A stretch of 64,000 nt of DNA from Methylophilaceae bacterium (GTDB lineage: Bacteria; Pseudomonadota; Gammaproteobacteria; Burkholderiales; Methylophilaceae), in contig DATCJT010000062.1 in the NCBI GenBank assembly GCA_036562645.1, forward strand, positions 4,041 through 68,040, given 5' to 3'. Both the position numbers and the translations under genes were made by a program. The notes under the pieces are model-generated. The model did no database searches. It was given only the letters and a program-made list of their open reading frames with translations, and was not told the DNA's origin. Of this stretch, positions 14,859 to 28,383 are shown in pieces; within the stretch, counting starts at the first letter, position 1; every line of letters begins with the position of its first letter.

Positions 14859-14993
14859 TCAGACTGCCAGACGGGCACGACCCTTGGCACGGCGCGCGGC
14901 GATCACGGCACGGCCGCTACGGGTCTTCATGCGTACCAGAAAACCGTGCGTACGGGCACGACGGATCTTGGACGGTTGGTAAGTACGTTTCAT
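14859..14993 (-). CDS. rpmH: 50S ribosomal protein L34
   Basis: Too short for the ORF track. The reverse complement reads [44 protein letters not shown] followed by a stop, which is the L34 sequence. Confidence 0.95.
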   Translation of the reverse strand: MKRTYQPSKIRRARTHGFLVRMKTRSGRAVIAARRAKGRARLAV

Positions 14994-15099
14994 GACTAAA
15001 TCTCCGGTAACTTCACTTTATTTCAAGCAAGACTGCGATTTAACCCGATTCTTCCTTGTTTTGTCAATGTTTATTTGGTTTCCTGAGCAGGAAAAAGGC

Positions 15100-15108
15100 T
15101 GTGGATAA
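15100..15108 (-). promoter_or_regulatory. Consensus DnaA box (TGTGGATAA = reverse complement of TTATCCACA) in the rpmH-dnaA spacer
   Basis: Exact 9-mer read in the sequence about 190 bp upstream of dnaA. It is likely the dnaA autoregulation site. Confidence 0.6.
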
Positions 15109-15297
15109 GTTCCGCCATTAGGGCTAGAATTGAGGGTCACTTGAGACGCTAGCCCGTTCAACCACAGCTTCATTGCCGGTGCCATTTATAACAATAACGG
15201 CCTGAACGCCAGGGTTAGCTTCAGCTCCCGGACAACAAAAACCATATTCCGGGCAGATCGTTCACGCAATAACTTACAATGAGGTGTCGGGCAACCG

Positions 15298-16716
15298 ATG
15301 GAAAATTTTTGGTCGATTTGTCTGGGGCGTTTTCAACAAGAGCTTTCCGCACAGCAGTTCAATACCTGGATCAAGCCGCTCGAATTCGAAGCGAACGACG
15401 GCATCCTGCGCCTCATCGCACCCAATCGCTTCGTCCAGCAATGGGTCAGGGACCGCTTTCTCGAGCGTATTCGACTGATCGCCGAGGAAATCGCCGCAGC
15501 CCCCGTTGAAATCGAACTGGCGGTAGCGACCAGGGCGGCAAAAGCTGGCAACGGCTCGTCGCAGAACCCCATTGCCAGACGGTTGATTCCGGGGCAGGGC
15601 GAGGCTGCATCGGGCCCCGATATCAGAGGCAACGGGGCATCGTCCGTCGAACCGGTCGGAACAAAACCTGCAAAAAAGACCAGATCGCCGGGAGATGGCT
15701 CCGGCCTCAACCCGAGCTTCAATTTCGATAATTTCGTCACCGGCAAGGCCAACCAACTCGCTCGCGCGGCAGCGATCCAGGTCGCAGATAACCCGGGCAA
15801 CGCCTATAATCCGCTGTTCATCTACGGCGGTGTCGGGCTGGGCAAGACCCACCTGCTGCAGGCAATCGGCAACCATTTAAAGCTGCATCATCCCGATGCC
15901 AAAATCCGTTACCTGCACGCCGAGCGCTATGTCTCCGACGTCGTCAAGGCCTATGAACACAAGGCGTTCGATGAATTCAAGCGCCAGTACCATTCCCTTG
16001 ATCTACTGCTGATCGACGACATCCAGTTCTTCGCGAAGAAAAGCCGGACACAGGAAGAGTTCTTTTACGCCTTCAACTCGCTGATCGAGTCCAAGAAGCA
16101 AATCGTCATTACCTGCGATACCTATCCGAAGGAAATCGCCGATGTCGATGAACGCCTGCGCACGCGATTCAGCTGGGGTCTGACCGTGGCTGTGGAACCG
16201 CCAGAGCTGGAGATGCGCGTCGCCATCCTGCTGAAAAAGGCGGAAGCCGCGCGCTTCGTACTACATGAGGATGTCGCCTTTTTCATAGCCAAACAGGTTC
16301 GCTCCAGCGTGCGTGAGCTGGAAGGGGCGCTCAACCGTATCGTCGCCATGGCCAAGTTCACCGGTCGCGAAATCGACGTTCACCTCGCCAAAGAGGCGTT
16401 GAAAGACCTGATCGCGGTACGAGGCCGGCAAGTCACAATGGAAAACATCCAGAAGACGGTCGCCGACTACTACAAGATCAAAGTCTCCGACATGTACAGC
16501 AAGAAGCGCTCACGCAATTTTGCCAGACCACGGCAAATCGCCATGGCGCTTGCGCGCGAACTGACCAATCACAGCTTCCCGGAAATTGGCGAGGCCTTCG
16601 GCGGCAGACACCACACGACCGTCATGCATGCATGCGAAGAAGTGGAGGAGCTACGCAAGAACGATCCAAACGTATCGCGCGATATCGCCTTTCTGGTCCA
16701 GGTAATTCGTGGGTAA
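15298..16716 (+). CDS. dnaA: Chromosomal replication initiator DnaA
   Basis: 472 aa with the AAA+ Walker A GGVGLGKTHLLQAIG, LLIDDIQFF, and the C-terminal DNA-binding region FPEIGEAFGGRHHTTVMHA. Confidence 0.97.
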   Translation: MENFWSICLGRFQQELSAQQFNTWIKPLEFEANDGILRLIAPNRFVQQWVRDRFLERIRLIAEEIAAAPVEIELAVATRAAKAGNGSSQNPIARRLIPGQGEAASGPDIRGNGASSVEPVGTKPAKKTRSPGDGSGLNPSFNFDNFVTGKANQLARAAAIQVADNPGNAYNPLFIYGGVGLGKTHLLQAIGNHLKLHHPDAKIRYLHAERYVSDVVKAYEHKAFDEFKRQYHSLDLLLIDDIQFFAKKSRTQEEFFYAFNSLIESKKQIVITCDTYPKEIADVDERLRTRFSWGLTVAVEPPELEMRVAILLKKAEAARFVLHEDVAFFIAKQVRSSVRELEGALNRIVAMAKFTGREIDVHLAKEALKDLIAVRGRQVTMENIQKTVADYYKIKVSDMYSKKRSRNFARPRQIAMALARELTNHSFPEIGEAFGGRHHTTVMHACEEVEELRKNDPNVSRDIAFLVQVIRG

Positions 16717-16979
16717 GTGGGGACGGGAACGGAAGTGCATAGCCTGTGGACAAAAATGCGGTTTAGGCACATCAATGCACATGGATTAAAATAACCAACA
16801 ATTCATCCACAGCAGTTTCAAGAGTTATGCACGTAGGTGATTAAATCGCAAGTTTTTGATTTTTAAATAAAATAATTTTTATCCACAGGCTTGCGACGCA
16901 TTACTATGTATTATCAGGTCTTATGTATTACTTATATTGATTAATTGAACTGCAAACAAAACAAGACGGGTTTTGAACA
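16717..16979. other. oriC: Candidate oriC: DnaA-box cluster plus AT-rich unwinding region in the dnaA-dnaN spacer
   Basis: DnaA boxes: TGTGGACAA (16745-16753, 1 mismatch), TCATCCACA (16803-16811, 1 mismatch), TTATGCACG (16825-16833, 1 mismatch) and TTATCCACA (16879-16887, perfect). AT-rich runs include GTTTTTGATTTTTAAATAAAATAATTTTT at 16852-16880 and about 16907-16950. A gene-strand switch lies just upstream. Confidence 0.6.
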
Positions 16980-20539
<3,560 letters not shown>

Positions 20540-20564
20540 TTTCCAAAAGCGGTTGCTCGAAGGG

Positions 20565-20592
20565 CAGGAGGGTGTGACTCTCCTGATTTTTT
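20565..20592 (+). terminator. Rho-independent terminator after gyrB
   Basis: Stem CAGGAG / CTCCTG with a 9-nt loop, followed by ATTTTTT. Confidence 0.55.
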
Positions 20593-20616
20593 CGATCAGA
20601 CTTGATGTGTAAGCCT

Positions 20617-20976
20617 ATGTCAGACATTACCGTTTACCACAACCCGAAATGCAGCAATTCACGCGGCGCGCTGGAGATCATTCGCGAGCGTGGCTTCGAG
20701 CCGGAAGTAATCGAGTATTTGAAGACCCCGCCGACCAGGGAAACCCTGAAGGCGATCATCGCTGCAGCCGGCATCACGCCGCGCCAGCTTTTGCGCGAGA
20801 AGGAAGCGGTCTATGCGGAGCTGGGATTGAGTGACCCGAAGTGGACCGATGACGAACTGGTGGATGCCATGCTGCAGCACCCGATACTGATTAATCGCCC
20901 GATCGTCGTGACGCCGTTGGGTGCGCGGCTTTGCCGGCCGCCGGAGCTGGTGCTGGACATACTGCCACAAGGCTGA
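20617..20976 (+). CDS. arsC: Arsenate reductase, glutaredoxin-coupled ArsC family
   Basis: ITVYHNPKCSNSRGALEIIRERG ... MLQHPILINRPIVVTPLGARLCRPPELVLDILP closely parallels the R773/E. coli ArsC sequence. The start is taken at MSDIT; the track ORF begins 15 nt earlier with TTG. Confidence 0.85.
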   Translation: MSDITVYHNPKCSNSRGALEIIRERGFEPEVIEYLKTPPTRETLKAIIAAAGITPRQLLREKEAVYAELGLSDPKWTDDELVDAMLQHPILINRPIVVTPLGARLCRPPELVLDILPQG

Positions 20977-20992
20977 CCGGAAGGATTGCAAT

Positions 20993-21024
20993 AAAAAAGG
21001 CGTTGATGCATCAACGCCTTTTTT
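20993..21024. terminator. Bidirectional terminator between convergent arsC and argH
   Basis: Perfect hairpin AAAAAAGGCGTTGATGCATCAACGCCTTTTTT, with A-tract and T-tract flanks. Confidence 0.8.
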
Positions 21025-21039
21025 ATGTCTCAATCTGGT

Positions 21040-22443
21040 TCAGGCCATGCGTTGCCGCGCGCGCTGAATGGCTGCCTTGACCTGTTCCGGGGCCGTGCCA
21101 CCGATATGGTTGCGGCTTGCCAGCGCACCTTCCAGCGTCAGCACGTCATAGACGTCTTCCGTGATGTGCGGGCTGAATTCCTGCAACGTTTCCAGGCGCA
21201 GATCGGCGAGGTCGCAGCCCTGCAGGGATGCATGTCGAACGGCGCGTGCGACGACTTCATGCGCGTCTCGGAATGGCATGCCCTTCTTTACCAGGTAGTC
21301 GGCAAGGTCGGTAGCCGTCGCAAAGCCTTCCGCTGCTGCGATGCGCATGACTTCCTTGTTGACCTTGATGCCGCGCAACATGTCGGCATAGATTTCCAGT
21401 GTCATAAGCAGGGTGTCAGCCGTGTCGAAGAGCGGCTCCTTGTCTTCCTGATTGTCCTTGTTGTATGCCAGAGGCTGACTCTTCATCAGGGTCAGCAATG
21501 CGATCAGATGGCCGTTGACACGGCCTGTCTTGCCGCGCACCAGTTCCGGCACATCCGGGTTCTTTTTCTGCGGCATGATGGAAGAGCCGGTGCAGAAGCG
21601 ATCCGCAATGTCGATGAAGCCGAAGCGCGGGCTGGACCACAGGATGAGCTCCTCGGAAAGGCGTGACAGGTGGGTCATGAGAAGTGCGGCCGCGGCCGTG
21701 AATTCGATGGCGAAATCCCGATCGGAAACCGCATCCAGCGAATTTTCGCAAACACCGTCGAACCCCAGTTCTTTTGCCACCATTTCGCGATTGATCGGGT
21801 AACTGGTGCCGGCCAGCGCTGCTGAACCGAGCGGCAGGTGGTTGATGCGCTTGCGGGCATCAACGAAACGCTCGGCATCGCGTTGCAGCATCTCGAAATA
21901 GGCCAATAGGTGGTGACCAAAGGTGACGGGCTGTGCAACCTGTAGATGCGTGAAACCCGGCATGACGGTGTCGTAATGTTCTTCCGCAAGATCGACGATG
22001 GATGTCTGCAGGGCGCGGATTTTCTCGATGACACTGTCGGTCGTGGCACGCAGCCACAGGCGGATATCGGTTGCGACCTGATCGTTGCGCGAACGGCCGG
22101 TATGCAAGCGCTTGCCCGCATCGCCGATCTTGCTGGTCAGACGCATTTCGACATTGAGGTGCACGTCTTCCAGGTCGAGTGACCAGTCGAATTCGCCGTT
22201 GCGGATTTCCTGCAGGATTTCTGCGAGACCTGCCTCTATGGCAAGCACGTCTTCCTTGCTGATGATGCCCTGAGCGCCGAGCATGCGGGCATGGGCGATG
22301 GAGCCCTGAATGTCGTACTCGGCCATGCGCTGGTCGAACGTGATCGAGGCGGTATAGCGCTTGACCAGCTCCGCTACGGGTTCGCTGAAACGACCTGACC
22401 AGGTCTTGGAAGAGGGGGAGTTGCTGTCTGAATTGTCTTGCAT
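21040..22443 (-). CDS. argH: Argininosuccinate lyase
   Basis: 467 aa with the fumarate-lyase signature [15 protein letters not shown]. Confidence 0.96.
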   Translation of the reverse strand: MQDNSDSNSPSSKTWSGRFSEPVAELVKRYTASITFDQRMAEYDIQGSIAHARMLGAQGIISKEDVLAIEAGLAEILQEIRNGEFDWSLDLEDVHLNVEMRLTSKIGDAGKRLHTGRSRNDQVATDIRLWLRATTDSVIEKIRALQTSIVDLAEEHYDTVMPGFTHLQVAQPVTFGHHLLAYFEMLQRDAERFVDARKRINHLPLGSAALAGTSYPINREMVAKELGFDGVCENSLDAVSDRDFAIEFTAAAALLMTHLSRLSEELILWSSPRFGFIDIADRFCTGSSIMPQKKNPDVPELVRGKTGRVNGHLIALLTLMKSQPLAYNKDNQEDKEPLFDTADTLLMTLEIYADMLRGIKVNKEVMRIAAAEGFATATDLADYLVKKGMPFRDAHEVVARAVRHASLQGCDLADLRLETLQEFSPHITEDVYDVLTLEGALASRNHIGGTAPEQVKAAIQRARQRMA

Positions 22444-22474
22444 GATAAAAACTGATTAAGAATAATGTACTTAT

Positions 22475-23521
22475 ATGCCAAGTATAAAGCAAAACCCGGA
22501 CCTTGCCGTCAGCGAGTTTCGTGAACCGGGCAATCGACTGCCAGATTTGCGCAATCTTGGCACTATTCTGCGCATTCTCGTCTTCGTCAATCTGCTGGCG
22601 CTGATTGCCGCCATTATGCAGACTTCCAGCCTGGACCAGGTTATGCCCCGGCTTGCGGAGTTCTCCGTATTCCTGCAGCCGGTTTTGCTGCTCAGTCTGC
22701 TGCTGTTCTATGTGCTCTGGCCGCTGCTGAGGCGCTTTCCTTATTATGCCGGTGCCGGTCTCATTCTGCTCTGCGAACTTGGCCTCGCCTCGTTCATGCA
22801 TCAGACCGGCGTCTATCTGTTCGGTGTGCAGGCACTGCCGCCGCTTGCGCGCGTCTGTCTTCTGACGCTGCTCACCGTGTTGCTGGTACTGGGATATTTC
22901 AGTCTGCGTCAGCGCGCCCTGTCGCCAGCAATCAGTGAGGCCAGAATGCAGGCATTGCAGGCGCGCATCCGGCCGCATTTCCTGTTCAACAGCATCAATG
23001 CCGTGCTTTCCATCGTGCGCAGCGACCCCGGGCGAGCGGAAACCGCGCTGGAGGACTTGGCCGACCTGTTCCGTGTCCTGATGGCGGACAATCGGGAGCT
23101 GGTCCCATTGGCTCAGGAAATCGCGCTCTGTCGGCAGTATCTGGCGCTGGAGAAATTGCGTTTGGAAGAACGTCTCAGGGTCGAGTGGCAGATCGACAGC
23201 ATCCCGCCGGATGCGCTGATTCCTCCGCTGATTCTGCAGCCGCTGTTGGAAAACGCGGTTTATCACGGAATCGAGCTTCTGCCGGAAGGCGGTACGCTGA
23301 AAATCCACATGGAGGCGAATAAAAGGGAAATCCGCATCAGTCTGCACAATCCGCTCGCTGAAAACGGCCAGCAGCATTCCGGTAACGGCATGGCGCTGAA
23401 CAACATACGCGAGCGTCTGGCGCTCCACTTCGATGCCGAGGCCAGTCTTGACTGCTGCAGCGAAGGCGACATTTACCGGGTGGACATCGTGATTCCATAC
23501 CGACATCCTGCGCTACTTTGA
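22475..23521 (+). CDS. algZ: LytS/YehU-type sensor histidine kinase, AlgZ/FimS-like
   Basis: 348 aa. It has N-terminal TM helices, then the His_kinase H-box RIRPHFLFNSINAVLS and an ATPase region LQPLLENAVYHG. Its position between argH and a LytTR regulator/hemC matches the Pseudomonas argH-fimS-algR-hemC order. Confidence 0.8.
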   Translation: MPSIKQNPDLAVSEFREPGNRLPDLRNLGTILRILVFVNLLALIAAIMQTSSLDQVMPRLAEFSVFLQPVLLLSLLLFYVLWPLLRRFPYYAGAGLILLCELGLASFMHQTGVYLFGVQALPPLARVCLLTLLTVLLVLGYFSLRQRALSPAISEARMQALQARIRPHFLFNSINAVLSIVRSDPGRAETALEDLADLFRVLMADNRELVPLAQEIALCRQYLALEKLRLEERLRVEWQIDSIPPDALIPPLILQPLLENAVYHGIELLPEGGTLKIHMEANKREIRISLHNPLAENGQQHSGNGMALNNIRERLALHFDAEASLDCCSEGDIYRVDIVIPYRHPALL

Positions 23522-23537
23522 GTGAAGGCCACGCACC

Positions 23538-24281
23538 ATGAGAGAGTTCCGCATAGTCATTGCAGATGATGAGGCTCCGGCGCGCAAGCGTCTGCGCGAG
23601 CTGCTGGAGGGAATCGGACGGGCAGACGTCGTGGGCGAAGCGAAAAATGGCGAGGAAGCCCTGCGGATCGCACAGGAGACGAAAGCCGATCTGGTGTTGC
23701 TCGATATCCGCATGCCCGGGATGGACGGCATAGAGGCTGCGCTGCATATGCAGAAGCTGGATCCGGCACCTGCCATCATTTTCACGACGGCCTTCGATGC
23801 CTATGCGGTCAAGGCCTTCGACATGAATGCGCTGGACTACCTGCTGAAGCCGATACGGGCGGAGCGCCTGCGCGTGGCGCTGGAGAAGGCAATGAAACTC
23901 GATCTGGAGCAGCTGGATGGGCTGAAACCCATGCAGCGCAGGCGTTCACATTTCAGCGTGACGGAGCGCGGGCGGGTGCTGCTGGTGCCATATGAAGAAG
24001 TGATTTACCTCAGGGCCGAACTCAAGTACATCACGCTGCGCACGCGGGAACGCGAATATCTGATCGAGGATTCCCTGACCTCGATCGAGCAGGAGTTCGG
24101 GGAACACTTTCTGCGCCTGCATCGCAACTGCCTGGTCGCACAACAGAGCATCCTGGGATATGAGCGGCGCAAGGGGGTGAACGGCGAAACCTACTATGTG
24201 GCGCTACTGCGCGACGTGCCTGAGACCGTAACCGTCAGCCGCCGGCAGCAGCACGTGCTGAAGGCGCTGATCAAGGGCTGA
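23538..24281 (+). CDS. algR: LytTR-family response regulator, AlgR-like
   Basis: 247 aa with a receiver domain (IADDE, LVLLDIRMPGMDG) and a C-terminal LytTR DNA-binding domain. Confidence 0.85.
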   Translation: MREFRIVIADDEAPARKRLRELLEGIGRADVVGEAKNGEEALRIAQETKADLVLLDIRMPGMDGIEAALHMQKLDPAPAIIFTTAFDAYAVKAFDMNALDYLLKPIRAERLRVALEKAMKLDLEQLDGLKPMQRRRSHFSVTERGRVLLVPYEEVIYLRAELKYITLRTREREYLIEDSLTSIEQEFGEHFLRLHRNCLVAQQSILGYERRKGVNGETYYVALLRDVPETVTVSRRQQHVLKALIKG

Positions 24282-24351
24282 AGGCCGGACGTTCCGGCGC
24301 CTGTGCTAGAATCCCGCTTTCTGCCGATAACCCTTTGAGATTCACTGTCTT

Positions 24352-25293
24352 ATGAACATCTCCACGCAGGTTCCGCAAAAACTCGTCATCGCATCGCGTG
24401 AAAGCGTCCTCGCCATGTGGCAGGCACGCCATATCCAGAGACGGCTGCAATCGCTCTACCCGCAGACGCAGGTGGAGATTCTCGGCATGACAACGACCGG
24501 TGACCAGATTCTGGATTCCCCGCTGTCACGCATCGGTGGCAAGGGTTTGTTCGTCAAGGAGCTGGAACAGGCGCTGGCCGATGGTCGCGCCGATCTTGCC
24601 GTCCATTCGATGAAGGATGTTCCCATGCATCTTCCGCAAGGCTTTGCCCTGGCGGCGGTCAGTGAGCGCGAAGACCCGCGTGACGCCTTCGTTTCCAACG
24701 ATTATCCGAATCTTGCGTCATTGCCTGCCGGCAGCGTGGTCGGAACTTCCAGCCTGCGCCGGCAAAGCCAGCTGCAGGCAAGATTCCCTCATCTGAGGAT
24801 CGAATCCCTGCGTGGCAATCTACAGACCCGGTTACGCAAGCTGGATGAGGGGCAGTATGCAGCTATCATCCTGGCAGCTGCTGGCCTGAAACGGCTCGGG
24901 CTGGAAGCGCGGATTACCGACCTGATAGACGTGGATGACAGTATTCCGGCCGTCGGTCAGGGTGCGCTGGGTATCGAGATTCGCGCCGATCGCACGGATC
25001 TGCTACCGGTGCTGGCACCACTCAACGACACCGAGACGGCAGCCTGTGTGGAGGCGGAGCGCGGCATGAGCCGTGCCCTGGCAGGAAGCTGTACGGTACC
25101 GCTCGGTGCCTTTGCGGAAAAGCGCGGGGACGAAATCCACATCCGTGGATTCGTGGCCAGCGTGGATGGCAGGGAAATGCTGCGCGAAAGCCTGACCGGC
25201 AGCGCGCAGGATCCGGAAACGCTTGGTCAGATGCTGGCCCAGCGTCTGCGTGACCGTGGCGCGGACAGACTGCTGGCGGCACTGGTCGACTGA
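24352..25293 (+). CDS. hemC: Porphobilinogen deaminase (hydroxymethylbilane synthase)
   Basis: 313 aa with [15 protein letters not shown] and [13 protein letters not shown] motifs, plus the conserved Cys region. Confidence 0.95.
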   Translation: MNISTQVPQKLVIASRESVLAMWQARHIQRRLQSLYPQTQVEILGMTTTGDQILDSPLSRIGGKGLFVKELEQALADGRADLAVHSMKDVPMHLPQGFALAAVSEREDPRDAFVSNDYPNLASLPAGSVVGTSSLRRQSQLQARFPHLRIESLRGNLQTRLRKLDEGQYAAIILAAAGLKRLGLEARITDLIDVDDSIPAVGQGALGIEIRADRTDLLPVLAPLNDTETAACVEAERGMSRALAGSCTVPLGAFAEKRGDEIHIRGFVASVDGREMLRESLTGSAQDPETLGQMLAQRLRDRGADRLLAALVD

Positions 25294-25303
25294 TGGCGGC
25301 ATC

Positions 25304-26092
25304 ATGACAACGCTAGCCTTGGCTGGGCGCAACATCGCAATCACCAGGCCGCCTGATCAGGCGGAGAAACTGCAGGCACTGATTGCGGCAGAGGGCGGCG
25401 AGACGGTGCTGTTCCCGCTGATTGCTATCGTCCCGTTGCAGGATTATGGCCGGTTCGAAGCCGTGGTGGACGGACTCTCCAGTTACGATTGGATCATTTT
25501 CATCAGCACGAACGCAGTGCAATACGGGATGCCTCGCCTGGTCGCGCGCGGTTTGCCGGCAGGGCTTCGATTTGCCGCCATTGGGCCGGTGACAGCGGCG
25601 GAGCTCGCCAATTTCGGTGTCACTGACGTGCTGATACCGCATGCGAGATTTGATAGCGAGGCCCTGCTGGCGCTGCCTGAAATGCAGGATATGCGCGGCA
25701 AGCGCTGCCTGATCGTGCGTGGCGTCGGCGGCCGTGAGCTCCTGGCGAAAACACTGGCCGAGCGTGGCGCAGAAGTCACCTTTGCCGAATGCTATCAAAG
25801 ATTTAACCCGCAGAATGATGCTGGGCTTTTGCAGTCGCTGTGGCAGAATAGGGCACTGGATGCGCTTGTGGTGACGAGTTCGGAAGCCATGCGCAACCTG
25901 TTGGCGCTGGCATCGGATGACCTGCAGGGACCGACGAACTCGTCTTGGCTCAGGAATACGATCATCTGCGTCAATCACGCACGCATCGCGGAAGAGGCAG
26001 CGCAGGCAGGCCTCCATGCGCATGTGGCGGATGCGCCGGGTGATGTGGCCATGCTGCAATGCTTGATAAGGGCTCTCAATCTTTCAACATGA
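25304..26092 (+). CDS. hemD: Uroporphyrinogen-III synthase
   Basis: The start is taken at MTTLALAGRNIAITRPP (ATG at 25304, just after the hemC stop). HemD-like, and in hemCDXY order. Confidence 0.88.
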   Translation: MTTLALAGRNIAITRPPDQAEKLQALIAAEGGETVLFPLIAIVPLQDYGRFEAVVDGLSSYDWIIFISTNAVQYGMPRLVARGLPAGLRFAAIGPVTAAELANFGVTDVLIPHARFDSEALLALPEMQDMRGKRCLIVRGVGGRELLAKTLAERGAEVTFAECYQRFNPQNDAGLLQSLWQNRALDALVVTSSEAMRNLLALASDDLQGPTNSSWLRNTIICVNHARIAEEAAQAGLHAHVADAPGDVAMLQCLIRALNLST

Positions 26093-27177
26093 GCGAAGAA
26101 AAGAACACGACAACCGAAAATGTGCCGCTAACCCCCTTGCCGACGGGGGGCGGGGAAAGCCGCTCCATGCTGACAAGGAGTGCGCTGGTTCTGGCCGCGA
26201 TCGCCTTGCTGGCACTGGCATGGCACTGGCATAACACGCGCCAGCACCTCATACAGATGGAGCAAGCGCTCACATTGCGTCTGGAGCAATACAATCAGAA
26301 CAATCAGCAATCGATGGCGGTTTCCAGACTGGCGGACGAGCGCAGCGTGGAAGCATCCGCCCGTATCACCATTCTGGAGCAGCGCCTCGCCGAATCGCGC
26401 AACCAGCAGGAAGCGCTGCAGATGCTGTACTACGAACTGGCGAATACGCGCGAGGAACGCCTGATCGCGGAAGTGGAGCAGCTCATGACGATTGCTAGCC
26501 AGCAGCTGCAGCTGGCCGGTAACATCAAGTCGGCCCTGCTCGCCCTGCAGACGGCGGAAAGCCGCCTGCAGCAGATCGAGGCGCCGCAGGTGATACAGCT
26601 GCGCAAGGCGCTGGCACAGGATATACAGCGGTTGCAGAGTCTGCCATTGGTCGACATTACCGGCATGAGCACCAAGCTGGAAGGTCTGGTGGAGATCGTA
26701 GATACGCTGCCGCTGGTCAGCGACCGCCACCCACAGCCGGAAGCGCAACAGGTGCCGGACCTGCAGGCGAGCTCATGGCAGCGTCTTGCGCACGAGATCT
26801 GGCAGGACATCAAGCAGATGGTCAGGCTGGAGCGAATAGACCGTCCAGAGCCGCCGCTGCTGACCCCCGAACAGAACTATTTCCTGCGTGAGAACATGAA
26901 ACTGCGCCTACTTAGTGCGCGCATCGCACTGTTGCGCCATGACGAGGCGAGCTATCGGGCGGACTTGCGCGCCGTCGAGAAGTGGCTGCTTGAACATTTC
27001 GACATGCGGGAGAGCGCCAGCAAGATCATGCTGTCCACCATCCGCCAGCTCTCCGCAGGCAACATCGTCATCGATGTCCCGGATATCAACGAGTCCCTGA
27101 CTCTGGTCAACAAATACAAGCTCACGCTCGAGCGCAGCAGGCCTGCGGACAAGTCCGCAGCTGTCAGGGAGCAATAG
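26089..27177 (+). CDS. hemX: HemX-family membrane protein (often annotated uroporphyrinogen-III C-methyltransferase)
   Basis: ATGA overlap with the hemD stop. It has an N-terminal TM segment (ALVLAAIALLALAW) followed by a Gln/Leu-rich coiled coil. An alternative ATG lies at 26059. Confidence 0.8.
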   Translation: MSEEKNTTTENVPLTPLPTGGGESRSMLTRSALVLAAIALLALAWHWHNTRQHLIQMEQALTLRLEQYNQNNQQSMAVSRLADERSVEASARITILEQRLAESRNQQEALQMLYYELANTREERLIAEVEQLMTIASQQLQLAGNIKSALLALQTAESRLQQIEAPQVIQLRKALAQDIQRLQSLPLVDITGMSTKLEGLVEIVDTLPLVSDRHPQPEAQQVPDLQASSWQRLAHEIWQDIKQMVRLERIDRPEPPLLTPEQNYFLRENMKLRLLSARIALLRHDEASYRADLRAVEKWLLEHFDMRESASKIMLSTIRQLSAGNIVIDVPDINESLTLVNKYKLTLERSRPADKSAAVREQ

Positions 27178-28365
27178 ATGCGGTGGTTGTGGCGGTTTCT
27201 GCTGGTATTGCTGGTGGCAATCGGTCTGTCCCTGTTCGCTGGTAACAATGAAGGGTATGTGTTGATCGTCAGGCCGCCTTACCGGCTGGAACTGTCGTTC
27301 AACCTGCTCGTATTCCTGATCCTGTTCGTATTCCTCGTTCTGCATTTCCTGCTCCGCATGCTGAATTACGCCCGCCAGTTGCCGGCCAGCGTAAAGGAAT
27401 ACAAGGAAAGGAGAAGGCAGGAGGAGGGGCGCCAGGCGCTGGTCGATGCATTGCATGCGCTGGTGGATGGCCGTTATGCGCAGGCGGAAAAGAGTGCGGC
27501 GAAAGCCCTCGATCTGGGCGAGGATGCAGGGCTGAGCGCGCTTGTGGCGGCAAGGGCTGCGCACAAGGCAAAGCGCAGATCACAGCGCGATTACTATCTG
27601 GCAGAGGCCGAGCGGCTGGCACCTGCCGCGAGGACTGGTCGCCTGCTGACCCAAGCTGAGCTGCTGCTGGACGACAAGCAATACACGCAGGCGCTGCAGG
27701 TGCTGCAGCATCTAGACCGGCATGAGCCCAGATATCCGCCTGCCATGCGGCTGGAGCTGAAAGTGCAGCTGCATCTCGGCAACTGGGAGCGCGTGCTGGC
27801 CTTGCTGCAGCAACTGGAGAAGGGCGATGGTCTGGAACAGTGGAGAATCCGGCAGTACCGGCAGCAGGCGCATCTGCAACTGTTGCGGCGTCATGCCGGC
27901 GATTTGCAGAAGCTGCAGGCGTACTGGAAAAGGCTTACGCCTGAGGAACAACTCAACAATCGCATCGCCGAGGTTGCCGCGCGTGCCTTCTTGGAAGCGG
28001 GTGACAGCGACCAGGCAGGCAGGGTGCTTGAATCCAGTCTGACCAGAAACTGGGACAGCAGCTTGGCCAGGTTGCTGGGAGATTGTGTGGTGAAGGACCC
28101 GATCGGACAGCTGCAGCAGGCTGAGCACTGGCTGACCCAGCACGAGGGAGACGCAGGCCTGCTGCTTTCCCTCGGCAAGATGTGCATTCGGCAGCAGCTG
28201 TGGGGCAAGGCGCAGAGTTATCTGGAAGCCAGTCTGAGCGTCAGGGCGGATGCCGAGGCGCATCTATTGTTGGCGGAAATGCTGGAACGTCGCGGCGAAC
28301 TGCAGCAGGCAGCGCAGCATTTCCGTCAGGGTGCGCTCCTGCTCGGGCAGGTTCAGCCTTCGTAG
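27178..28365 (+). CDS. hemY: HemY-family protein (TPR-like, membrane anchored)
   Basis: 395 aa with two N-terminal TM helices and then a helical-repeat region. It starts directly after the hemX stop. Confidence 0.85.
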   Translation: MRWLWRFLLVLLVAIGLSLFAGNNEGYVLIVRPPYRLELSFNLLVFLILFVFLVLHFLLRMLNYARQLPASVKEYKERRRQEEGRQALVDALHALVDGRYAQAEKSAAKALDLGEDAGLSALVAARAAHKAKRRSQRDYYLAEAERLAPAARTGRLLTQAELLLDDKQYTQALQVLQHLDRHEPRYPPAMRLELKVQLHLGNWERVLALLQQLEKGDGLEQWRIRQYRQQAHLQLLRRHAGDLQKLQAYWKRLTPEEQLNNRIAEVAARAFLEAGDSDQAGRVLESSLTRNWDSSLARLLGDCVVKDPIGQLQQAEHWLTQHEGDAGLLLSLGKMCIRQQLWGKAQSYLEASLSVRADAEAHLLLAEMLERRGELQQAAQHFRQGALLLGQVQPS

Positions 28366-28383
28366 TCCTGGCCTGTGCTTACC

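Noticed and set aside
21860-23506. 548-aa minus-strand ORF overlapping argH and antisense to the algZ-like kinase
   Set aside because: Its composition is rich in Arg, Gln and His and it has no motifs. The opposite strand (histidine kinase) and the argH frame both have clear signatures. I treat it as an antisense-frame artefact.
28366-28383. Only 18 bp, with no hairpin, between the convergent hemY and ferredoxin-reductase stops
   Set aside because: Short convergent junctions without intrinsic terminators are common, and nothing further can be read from 18 bp.
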